IMG/VR virus record: IMGVR_UViG_3300036785_000717
Coordinates: 1-52,354 of that record
Length of the DNA: 52,354 bases
Reading direction: 5' to 3' (one strand)
Source of the DNA: a virus
Taxonomy: Duplodnaviria; Caudoviricetes
Shown here: positions 17,855 to 26,295 of the stretch, one piece after another
Position numbering within the stretch: the stretch's first letter is position 1
Layout: the number at the start of each line of letters is the position of its first letter
Position numbers and translations under genes: made by a program
Notes under the pieces: generated by a model
What the model was told of the DNA's origin: nothing
Database searches by the model: none
Seen by the model: only the letters and a program-made list of their open reading frames with translations

Positions 17855-18763
17855 ATGGCGTACGCCAGCAGAGCCGGTCGAGCGAGGGTAAGCGCCAGCA
17901 AGCCGCGCGCCTTCGCCGTCTGTCAGCGGTGCGGCTTCTGGTACAACCGCGACCAGCTGCAGAACCAGCGGGCGTGGCGCGGCGCGGCCCTGCTGCAGAC
18001 CTGGCTGTTCGTGTGCCCCCGCTGCCTGGACGTGCCGCAGGAGAACGACAGGGTGGTGGCTTTGCCGGCCGATCCCGTGCCGGTGCAGCTGCCCTTCCCT
18101 GAGGACTTCAGCGTCGCCCAGTCGGTGATGGGGCTCGCCGCGGCCGCGGAGATCGACCCGCACACGGGGCTCGCCAAGCCGCTCGCCACGACGGCGATGC
18201 AGACCACGGGTCTGACGCAGCTGCCGCTTCAGGCCGCCACCCTGGCGAGCGAAGCGGGCGGCGGTGTCGCCATGGTCACCACCAACGCGGCGTCGATGAT
18301 CATGGGCCCGGCTTCGCCCTGGGGTGCGCCCCAGAACACGGGTGCTATCATCATGGCGCCGACGCCGAGCGGACGGCCGCCCGGCTACGCCCTGGAGGCA
18401 GTGATGCCGACCGCCCAGACCAATGGCCAGACCGTGGAGTACGGCGTGCCGCTCCCCATCACCTCGATCATCGCCGATGGCACGCCGCTGGTGCGGGTCA
18501 CCTGCAACGCCCCGCACGGGCTTACCCTGAACAAGCAGATTGTGGTGCGCGGCACGCTCAACCCGCTCGCCGACGGCGCCTTCAGCGCGACGCCGATGAC
18601 CGCCACCGTATTCAGCTACGGCTGCTATTCCCCCGTGGAACGCGGCTCGCTGCTGGGCCCCGAGACGGTGATCGTCACCGCCCAGGTCGGCCTGCCGAGG
18701 GACTTCCCCGCGCTGCCGCAGACGGGCCTGCCGCAGTCCCGCAAGACCAAGCAGGCGCAGTGA
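17855..18763 (+). CDS. Structural protein with N-terminal CxxC-CxxC finger
   Basis: CQRCGF...VCPRCLD.PQ. Confidence 0.6.
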   Translation: MAYASRAGRARVSASKPRAFAVCQRCGFWYNRDQLQNQRAWRGAALLQTWLFVCPRCLDVPQENDRVVALPADPVPVQLPFPEDFSVAQSVMGLAAAAEIDPHTGLAKPLATTAMQTTGLTQLPLQAATLASEAGGGVAMVTTNAASMIMGPASPWGAPQNTGAIIMAPTPSGRPPGYALEAVMPTAQTNGQTVEYGVPLPITSIIADGTPLVRVTCNAPHGLTLNKQIVVRGTLNPLADGAFSATPMTATVFSYGCYSPVERGSLLGPETVIVTAQVGLPRDFPALPQTGLPQSRKTKQAQ

Positions 18764-19368
18764 TGGCCGACGGCGGCTCCCCGATCCAGACCATCCCCAA
18801 CCTGCCGCCCGCGATCAGCCTCGCGGGCCCTGAGCAGCTGTGGATCAACCAGGCGGGCGTCGACCGGCGCGCCGGCATCGATGACATCGCCAATTTCGTG
18901 GAACTCCAACTCGGCTTTGCGGGATCCGTGGTCACCTCGTTCAACGGTCGCCACGGCGACATCCTCCTCACCGCCGCCGACGTCACGGCGACGGGCTTCG
19001 GGGCGGGCTCGTTCGTGCCCGTGACGGGCTACGCGACGGTCACGGGTCCGCTCACCTTCACGCCCGCAGCCGGGCGCGATGCCTACATCGTGTTGAACAA
19101 GAGCGCCTCCGGCCCCGCCGACTACATCCTGGGTCAGACCGCCGGTCTCGCACGCTGGCAGGTGACGCTCGGCGACACCGCCCCTGAGAGCGGCTCGAAC
19201 ACGGGCTCCAACTTCGCGATCTCGGCCACCGCCGATGACGGTGTCACGTCGCTCGGCGCCTGGCTGAGCATCGCCCGCGCCACGGGCGTCGTCACCATCA
19301 CCTCCCTCCTGGGCGCCGGATCCGGGGGGACGATCAACAACTTCACCCTGGACGCCGGCACGTTCTGA
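18760..19368 (+). CDS. Short fibre protein
   Basis: VTSFNGRHGDI, one copy of the fibre repeat, C-terminal LDAGTF. Confidence 0.7.
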   Translation: MMADGGSPIQTIPNLPPAISLAGPEQLWINQAGVDRRAGIDDIANFVELQLGFAGSVVTSFNGRHGDILLTAADVTATGFGAGSFVPVTGYATVTGPLTFTPAAGRDAYIVLNKSASGPADYILGQTAGLARWQVTLGDTAPESGSNTGSNFAISATADDGVTSLGAWLSIARATGVVTITSLLGAGSGGTINNFTLDAGTF

Positions 19369-20129
19369 TGGCGAGCCCCAACGCCCTCACCTACAACGGC
19401 CTCGTCCAACAGGTGGCGCTGCTCGCCGCCTACAAGACCCAGACGGTGAACGGCGTCCTTCAGGGCATGGAGCCGGACTTCACCAGCCTCATCCCGCAGA
19501 TGCTGAACTACGCCGAGGACCGCGTGCAGCGCGACCTCGAACTCCTGGCGCTGCAGACGCTCAGCCCCGCCTACACCTTGACCGCCGGCAACCCGATCCT
19601 CGCCGTCCCCACCGCCGACTTCACCGTCGTGCAGGACGTACTGGTCAGCGGCGAGCCCTTGAACCCCGTGGCGCGCAGCTACATCCAGACCCTGTGGCCG
19701 CCGACCTCGACGCCCGGCCTGCCCAGGGTGTTCGCCATGCTGGGCGGCGACCTCGCCACGGCGGGCGTCACCTCGACCCTGATCCTCGTCGGCCCGACGC
19801 CCGACCAGCCCTACCCGACGACGCTGATCGGCGAGGTGCGCTCACCATCACTCGCGACCTACGCCAACCCCTCGCAGGCGGCCCTGACGACCACATGGAT
19901 CTCGACCTGGCTGCCTGAACTCCTGGTCATGGCGGCGATGGTCTACGTCAGCGCCTACCAGCGCGACTTCGGCCGCCAGGCCGACGATCCGCAGATGGCG
20001 CAGTCCTACGAGAACCAATACGGGACGCTGCTGCAGGCGGCGAAGGGGGAGGACTTCCGACGCCGCCTGGAGGCCGATGCATGGACCGCCAGGGAGGCCT
20101 CGCCGGTCGCCACGCCGACCCGCACATAG
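19368..20129 (+). CDS. Head-tail adaptor-like protein
   Basis: AEDRVQRDL, GPTPDQ.Y, TTWIS...PELL, QSYENQY. Confidence 0.65.
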   Translation: MASPNALTYNGLVQQVALLAAYKTQTVNGVLQGMEPDFTSLIPQMLNYAEDRVQRDLELLALQTLSPAYTLTAGNPILAVPTADFTVVQDVLVSGEPLNPVARSYIQTLWPPTSTPGLPRVFAMLGGDLATAGVTSTLILVGPTPDQPYPTTLIGEVRSPSLATYANPSQAALTTTWISTWLPELLVMAAMVYVSAYQRDFGRQADDPQMAQSYENQYGTLLQAAKGEDFRRRLEADAWTAREASPVATPTRT

Positions 20130-20139
20130 GAGACGTGCG

Positions 20140-20304
20140 ATGACCCTCGACCTGATGACCTTCGTCCTGTTCGTGCTGCTGATCTTCAGCGGCGTCGGGT
20201 GGTGGGGGCCGCCGGGTCCGTGGACCGGCCAGCGCGTGGGCTACGGGATCCTGGGGCTGTGCTGCCTCATCGCCTTCCTCGGCCACCTGTTCGGGAAGTT
20301 CTGA
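20140..20304 (+). CDS. Small two-TM membrane protein (holin candidate)
   Basis: RBS AGGAG; 54 aa with two hydrophobic helices. Confidence 0.55.
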   Translation: MTLDLMTFVLFVLLIFSGVGWWGPPGPWTGQRVGYGILGLCCLIAFLGHLFGKF

Positions 20305-20308
20305 GGTC

Positions 20309-20324
20309 GCCCCCTCAGGGGGGC
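20309..20324 (+). terminator. GC hairpin, possible weak terminator
   Basis: GCCCCC-TCAG-GGGGGC right after the stop codon; poor U-tract. Confidence 0.35.
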
Positions 20325-20328
20325 CTTA

Positions 20329-20346
20329 CTTGACGCAAAAAGAAAG
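20329..20346 (+). promoter_or_regulatory. 18-bp operator-like site
   Basis: CTTGACGCAAAAAGAAAG, one mismatch from the cI/cro site at 46764. Confidence 0.7.
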
Positions 20347-20387
20347 TCGGCACAGGTTGGCCGAGGGGGCCGATCAGAGCCGTAGCC

Positions 20388-22475
20388 ATGCCGCATCAGG
20401 CCGTGCAGCTTGCCGATGGGGTGAACGTCAACCGCACGCCTGCGCTCAACCAGTTCGGCATCTCGGCCTCGCAGCTGATCCGCTACCAGCACGACGACAC
20501 GGGTGCGCCGATGGTTCAGAAACTCGGCGGCTGGGCCAAGTATCTGACCACGACCACGCCCGCGCCCGTCAGGGCGCTCTGGGGCTGGGAGGACACCAAC
20601 GCGGTCAAGCGCCTGGCCTATGGCACCCAGGCCTTCAGCGGGCGCTCGCAGCTGGCGGTGGTCACCGCTGGCGTCGTGCAGGACATCACGCCGAGTTCGC
20701 TCACAACCAACTCGCCGCCGGCAGCTTCGACGACCGCCGGCTCGCCCGTCGTCACCATCACCGACCCCAACGCGCCGACGCTGACCGCCTTCAACACGGT
20801 CTACATCCAGACCTACGTCGCCGTTGGCGGCCTGGTCCTGTTCGGCGCCTATCCGGTGACCCCGGTCGACGCCACGCACTACCAGATCACCGCCCGCGAC
20901 GTGCTCGGCAATCCGCAGAACGCCGTCACCACCGACACCGCCCCGGCCGTCTCGACCCGCCAGACCACGGCGGGGTCAGCCTTCGTCACCGTCGCGCTGA
21001 ACAACCACGGCTATACGGTCGGCGCCAACTACGCCGTCCTCGTGCCGCAGACCATCGGCGGTCTCACCATCTCGGGCAACTACACGGTCCAGCAGGTGAT
21101 CTCGGCAAGTCAGTTCACCATCCTCGCCAACACCGTCGCCACCTCCAGCGCAGGACCCACGGCGGCCAACAATGGCAATGCGCAGTATCTCTACTCATTC
21201 GGCGCCGGGCCCGCGCAGGCGGGGACAGGCTTCGGGATGGGTGGGTTCGGGATGGGGCCGTTCGGCGGCACGGGCCAACCCGCCAACCCCCCGGCCGGCG
21301 CGCCGATCACCGCCGACGACTGGGTGATCGATAATTTTGGCCAGATCCTGCTCGCGTGCCCGATCAACAACACCCAGTTCCAGCCGATCTACGCCTGGGA
21401 TCCGCTGGCGGGCGCGCCCCAGGCCTCGGTGATCCCCAACGCGCCGGTCGTGAACGACGGCTTTTTCGTCGCCATGCCGCAACGCCAGGTCGTCTGCTGG
21501 GGATCGACCGATACCGGCGTGCAGGATCCGCTTTTGGTGCGCTGGTGTGACGTTTCGAACTACAGTTCCTGGGTCGGCCTCCCGACCAACCAGGCCGGCA
21601 AATACCGCCTGCCGCGCGGCTCGAAGATCATCGGCGGCATCCAGGGTCCGCAGCAGGGGCTCCTCTGGACCGACCTCTCGGTCTGGTCCATGCAGTTCAT
21701 CGGCCTGCCCTACGTCTACGGGTTCAACGAGGTCGGCACGGGCTGCGGCCTGATCGGGCGCAAGGCGGCGGCGAGCGCCAACGGCGTCGTGTACTGGATG
21801 GGGGTCTCGCAGTTCTTCAGCTTGACCAGCGAGGGCGTGCAGCCGCTCGCGTGCCCCGTATGGGACGTGGCCTTCCAAGATACCGACCCCACACAGGTCA
21901 GCAAGATCCGCGTCGCCGTCAACGCCCGGTTCAACGAGATCAGCTGGTTCATCCCGACGCTCAACAGCGGCGGCGAGGTGGGTACGTTCCTGAAATTTAA
22001 TTACTCGCTCGGCTGGTGGGACTACGGCCAGCTGGCGCGCTCGGCCTGGATCGACCAGTCGGTGCTGGGCGCGCCGATCGGCGCCGACCCCAACCGCCTG
22101 CTGATCTATCAGCACGAGACCAGCCTCGACGCCGATGACCAGCCGCTGATCTCGTCGTTCCAGACGGGCTACTTCACGATGAGCGAGGGCGACTTCAAAA
22201 CCTTCATCGACGAGGTCTGGCCGGACGCGCGGTATGGTGAATACGGCTCGCCCCAGAGCGCCACGCTGCAGATTACCCTCCTGCTCGCCGACTTCCCTGA
22301 GGAGGCGCCGGTCATCATCGGACCCTTCACGGTCAACCAGGCCTCGACGTGGTTCAACCTGCGGGCCCGCGCGCGGCTCTTCGCCATGCAGATCCTCTCC
22401 AACGACTACGGGTCGTTCTGGCGCCTGGGCCGCTTCCGCTACCGCGCGCAGCCCGCCGGGCGGTACGGGCCATGA
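20388..22475 (+). CDS. Tail nozzle / tail tubular B-like protein
   Basis: 695 aa, beta-propeller-like: QKLGGW, DPLLVRWCD, TNQAG.YRL, CGLIG, FNEISWF.P, WRLG..R. Confidence 0.8.
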   Translation: MPHQAVQLADGVNVNRTPALNQFGISASQLIRYQHDDTGAPMVQKLGGWAKYLTTTTPAPVRALWGWEDTNAVKRLAYGTQAFSGRSQLAVVTAGVVQDITPSSLTTNSPPAASTTAGSPVVTITDPNAPTLTAFNTVYIQTYVAVGGLVLFGAYPVTPVDATHYQITARDVLGNPQNAVTTDTAPAVSTRQTTAGSAFVTVALNNHGYTVGANYAVLVPQTIGGLTISGNYTVQQVISASQFTILANTVATSSAGPTAANNGNAQYLYSFGAGPAQAGTGFGMGGFGMGPFGGTGQPANPPAGAPITADDWVIDNFGQILLACPINNTQFQPIYAWDPLAGAPQASVIPNAPVVNDGFFVAMPQRQVVCWGSTDTGVQDPLLVRWCDVSNYSSWVGLPTNQAGKYRLPRGSKIIGGIQGPQQGLLWTDLSVWSMQFIGLPYVYGFNEVGTGCGLIGRKAAASANGVVYWMGVSQFFSLTSEGVQPLACPVWDVAFQDTDPTQVSKIRVAVNARFNEISWFIPTLNSGGEVGTFLKFNYSLGWWDYGQLARSAWIDQSVLGAPIGADPNRLLIYQHETSLDADDQPLISSFQTGYFTMSEGDFKTFIDEVWPDARYGEYGSPQSATLQITLLLADFPEEAPVIIGPFTVNQASTWFNLRARARLFAMQILSNDYGSFWRLGRFRYRAQPAGRYGP

Positions 22476-22876
22476 GCGACGTCAACTCCAACATCCCGCG
22501 CCCACACCCAGGCCACGGCGCTGGCCCCTCGGGCGCGTCGCTGTCCGACATCCTGACCGCCGTCCAGCACGTCGCCTCGAACATCGCCACCGCCGCTGAT
22601 CGCTACATGCGCGCCCAGGGACAGGGGATCGGCGCGGCGCTGACGGCGCCCACGGTGCTCAAGCAGGGGACCGGACGCGTCGTCATGGTGAGCGTCACGA
22701 CGGCCGGCACGACGACCGGCCAGATCATCGACGCAGCGCTCGCCACCGCGACCCACCCCGTCATCGCCATCATCCCTACTGCGGCCGGCGCCCCCGTCAC
22801 CGTCAACCTGCCGTTCCAACTCGGCCTGCTGGTCGTGCCTGGCGCGGGCATGACGGTCTCTGTGAGCTACAGTTAG
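22472..22876 (+). CDS. Virion structural protein
   Basis: ATGA-coupled; beta-rich C-terminus GLLVVPG.G.TVSVSYS. Confidence 0.6.
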   Translation: MSDVNSNIPRPHPGHGAGPSGASLSDILTAVQHVASNIATAADRYMRAQGQGIGAALTAPTVLKQGTGRVVMVSVTTAGTTTGQIIDAALATATHPVIAIIPTAAGAPVTVNLPFQLGLLVVPGAGMTVSVSYS

Positions 22877-25759
22877 ATGCCCCTCGCGCACGGATCCTCG
22901 CAGAAGGTCGTGAGCCGGAACATTGCAGAAATGCGTCACTCAGGCTTCCCGCAGGACCAGGCGGTCGCCGCCGCCATGCAGGCCGCGCGTCAGGGCCGGG
23001 CTGTCAGGGCGACCGGCGGTCGGACCTATCCTCTGGCCCCGCGCTCAGAGTGGTACGGCAACGCCAACTACCAGCAGACCGGCGGCAAGCTACAGCACAT
23101 GGCCCCGCAGGAATTCCTCTCTCAGGCGCGGCCCCTGACGATCGATGAGACGTCCCGCGACAACATCGATGACCTGAAGAACCACATCCAGTCAGGCCGC
23201 ACGCTGGACCCACTGACCATCGACCAGAACGGCAAGGAGGATGGTCGCCACCGCGCCCACGCCGCCCAGGAACTGGGGATCAGCAAGGTGCCGGTGATCA
23301 CATGGCCGAGGGCCGCCAAGGCGAAGGGCGGCGAGAACGCTCCAGGCGGCAAAAGTTTCTTCGAGGTGGCGCCAGGGCACACCTGGGACGCCAAGCAGCA
23401 GCAGCAGTGGGAGCGCCTGCATCCGCGAGCGAAGGCGGAGATCTCCGGGCGGATGATCGATGAGTTCATGCCCCGCTGGATGCGCGACACGGGGATCACG
23501 GGCAAGCTGAAGCCTGGCCTGGGCGGGTTCGAGGGCTCGACCAACCCCAATTTCGCTTTCGAGCCGGACGACCCCACCCGCCTGGCCGAGGCGTCGAACG
23601 GCCTGGGGAACCTGTACCGCCAGGACAGCATGATGGCGGCGCATGAGCACCCCTTCGCCGGCAGTTCACCCTCCGGCCTCGTGCGGGTGCATCTGCCGCA
23701 GGGCATGGCGCCTGAGCAGATCCACGCGCTCTACAGTCGCCTGCATGGTCAGGGCCTCGCCGAGGGCCACAGCACCGACCCTGGCGCGGGGACGATGGAT
23801 ATTCTGGCCGGAGCGAACGGCGACGAGGCGAAAGAGCACGCGAAGAAGGTGGATCAGGCGCTGGGCGGCAAGTATGACGTCTCGTCCGCCGACACGCACA
23901 TCGCGTTCCCGCAGCATGGAGAAGACTATGGCGTACCGGGGACACATCCCGCCGGGGCCGGATCACCCGCATCACAAGCCGACAGTGCTGTCCAGCAGCA
24001 AGCCCGCACCCGCCTCCAAACCCTCATCCAGCAAGCGACCCGCCAAGGGGGCGGCCACAAAGAAGGACCGCTGAACCTCGCGCCGAGGGCTCGCGGGCAG
24101 ACCGTCGACGAGCCCGTCGGCAACCGCTACCCCGGCATCTACGGAGACCCTAGAGCCCTGGCGGCTGAGGCGGCCTCGCGGGTCGCACCAGAAAGCCCCG
24201 CCCTGAAGCGCCTGTTCGGCGTGACACGCGCCGAGATGTACGAGCGCGGCGCGTTCAGGCAGGGCAACATCGAGCCCAATTTGCCGTTCGGCCCCAGCGC
24301 GAAAGTGAACCCCGCTGCGGCGAGGGTGATGACCCGGCGCAACGCGCAGCGGCTGCAGGACATCCTGCACGAGGGGACGCAGCACGAGGGCCTGCGCCAC
24401 GGCATGATGGCTTGGTACTACATGGACCCGGTCTTCGACCGGCTGCACGACATCGTCGGCCAGCACGAGGCCGTGCGCCACTACAACCGGGTGAACACCC
24501 TGATGGGCATGGCCAGCCCGGCCTCGGAGGTGGAGACGGAGATCAACCGGGGGCTCGCGGCCAACTACGCCGCGCAGCAGGGCCGCTTCGGTGAGTTCGT
24601 CAAGCACGCCGGCACCGCCGAGGCGCAGCGCGGCGCGGACTTCCCAGCCGATCTGCGGACGGTGATGGCGCACCCCTACCACCGCACGTCGCATTCCGGG
24701 CCGATGCAGCGTTACCTTGAGCGCGGCGACATCTCCGACATGCAGACGGTGAAGGTGCCGACCTACATCCCGGCCAGCGGGACGGCGGCGACGGGCTTCC
24801 AGACGCGCTGGCCGGTGCCGGACGCGCACTTCACCCGCCTGCTGGGCATGGCCGACACACGCGACACCAGCGAGCCTGGCGTGTCGATGAAGCCGGGCGA
24901 GTACAAGCCGATCGCGCCGTGGTGGCGAGAGAAGGTCGCGGGTCCGATGGGCATGCAAGCGGTGCCTGGGCAGGCCTTGGCGTGGGGGACAGGCAGCGGC
25001 GCGACCGGCGTCACCTCGCCGATCGGCGCGCCGAAGCTGGAACTCCTGGCCAACCACATCATGGGCGTGGCGCAGCGACATGGGATCGCCCCGGAGGCCG
25101 CCAGGGACGCGGTGATCAAGGGAGACATCTACGCGAAAGGCGGTCGCGTACCCCTAGCCGAAGGCTTCGCCCGTGGTGGCCGCGCCGAGGGCGGCCCGCT
25201 GCTCTTCCACTCCAACCTGCACGGCGGCGAGCACCACGGCGTCGCCGCGCATGCGCCTGGCGTCCACCGGATGCACGTCGGCCCCATTCACTCCCCGGTG
25301 GCCGGGCGCACCGACCATCTCCCCATGCATGTGCCGTCGGGCTCCTATGTGTTGCCCGCCGATGTTGTGTCCAGCTACGGGGAAGGAAACACGAGCGCCG
25401 GCTTCAAGGTCATGAAACGCCTGTTCGGCGGCGCGCCGTACGGCCACCAGGGCGGCCCCTATGGGCAGTCTGGCGCGCCCTACAACCAGACGGGCGGCCC
25501 CTACGGCCAGGGCTCAGGCCCCTACGGCGAGGCCCTGCAGAACCAGTCGCGCGGCGGCCGGGCGACCGACGGCGCCCGCGACAAGGGCGTGCCGATCGTC
25601 GCGGCCGGCGGCGAATACGTCCTCTCGCCTGACCAAGTCCGGGCGCAGGGGAAGGGCGATCCTGAACTGGGCTGCCGCGTGCTCGACCAGTTCGTTAGAC
25701 GCAGCCGCGACAAGCACATAAAAACGCTGAAGGGCCTGCCAGGGCCCGCAAAAGACTGA
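22877..25759 (+). CDS. Polyvalent virion-internal protein (ParB-like, unknown and glycosylase-like domains)
   Basis: DGRHRAHAA..LG...VPV; WY...SP...K...Y...DAH..R...QA.AW; C-terminal GRTDHLP/GEYVL module. Confidence 0.7.
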   Translation: MPLAHGSSQKVVSRNIAEMRHSGFPQDQAVAAAMQAARQGRAVRATGGRTYPLAPRSEWYGNANYQQTGGKLQHMAPQEFLSQARPLTIDETSRDNIDDLKNHIQSGRTLDPLTIDQNGKEDGRHRAHAAQELGISKVPVITWPRAAKAKGGENAPGGKSFFEVAPGHTWDAKQQQQWERLHPRAKAEISGRMIDEFMPRWMRDTGITGKLKPGLGGFEGSTNPNFAFEPDDPTRLAEASNGLGNLYRQDSMMAAHEHPFAGSSPSGLVRVHLPQGMAPEQIHALYSRLHGQGLAEGHSTDPGAGTMDILAGANGDEAKEHAKKVDQALGGKYDVSSADTHIAFPQHGEDYGVPGTHPAGAGSPASQADSAVQQQARTRLQTLIQQATRQGGGHKEGPLNLAPRARGQTVDEPVGNRYPGIYGDPRALAAEAASRVAPESPALKRLFGVTRAEMYERGAFRQGNIEPNLPFGPSAKVNPAAARVMTRRNAQRLQDILHEGTQHEGLRHGMMAWYYMDPVFDRLHDIVGQHEAVRHYNRVNTLMGMASPASEVETEINRGLAANYAAQQGRFGEFVKHAGTAEAQRGADFPADLRTVMAHPYHRTSHSGPMQRYLERGDISDMQTVKVPTYIPASGTAATGFQTRWPVPDAHFTRLLGMADTRDTSEPGVSMKPGEYKPIAPWWREKVAGPMGMQAVPGQALAWGTGSGATGVTSPIGAPKLELLANHIMGVAQRHGIAPEAARDAVIKGDIYAKGGRVPLAEGFARGGRAEGGPLLFHSNLHGGEHHGVAAHAPGVHRMHVGPIHSPVAGRTDHLPMHVPSGSYVLPADVVSSYGEGNTSAGFKVMKRLFGGAPYGHQGGPYGQSGAPYNQTGGPYGQGSGPYGEALQNQSRGGRATDGARDKGVPIVAAGGEYVLSPDQVRAQGKGDPELGCRVLDQFVRRSRDKHIKTLKGLPGPAKD

Positions 25760-25762
25760 CCA

Positions 25763-26293
25763 ATGACCGACGCCATCGACATGGTGCGCGACGTGAAGCC
25801 CGAGGCGACCGACCGGCCGCATGTCCGGGTGGCGACGCCCGACGAGGTCGATGCGGTGATGGAATTGGCCCTGATGGGCTGCGCCGAGAACGAGTTTCTT
25901 CCGCATGACCCGGTTCTCGTCCTGAACGACGTGTGGGCGGCGCTCAACCATGACCACGGCATCGTCGGCGTCATCGGCGCGCCCGGCAGCCAGCCGCTTG
26001 AGGCTGCGGTGCTGCTGCGCATCGGCAATATCTGGTACTCGCGGGCGCCGCATGTGGAGGAACGGGCGATCTTCGTCCACCCGCAGTTCCGACAGGCGCG
26101 CGGCGGGCGGGCGGCGCGCCTCGCCGAGTTTTCGAAGGACGTCGCCGACGGCCTCGGTCTGCCGCTGACGATCGGGGTGCTCTCGGCGTCGCGCGTCGAA
26201 GCCAAGATGCGGCTTTACCAACGCGTGCTCGGTAAACCCAGTGGCTGCTACTGGATCTACTGGCCGAATTCGCGCAAGGCTGAGGAGTCGTAG
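25763..26293 (+). CDS. GNAT-family acetyltransferase-like protein
   Basis: VRVATPDE, IFVHPQFR; typical podovirus position before the ejection genes. Confidence 0.7.
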   Translation: MTDAIDMVRDVKPEATDRPHVRVATPDEVDAVMELALMGCAENEFLPHDPVLVLNDVWAALNHDHGIVGVIGAPGSQPLEAAVLLRIGNIWYSRAPHVEERAIFVHPQFRQARGGRAARLAEFSKDVADGLGLPLTIGVLSASRVEAKMRLYQRVLGKPSGCYWIYWPNSRKAEES

Positions 26294-26295
26294 CG

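Noticed and set aside
15600-19300. Fibre repeats as a diversity-generating retroelement template/variable pair
   Set aside because: The copies compared differ at all four bases rather than only at adenines, and no reverse transcriptase is in the window
25430-25530. GGPYGQ-like heptad repeats
   Set aside because: Real but a short low-complexity linker; no function can be supported
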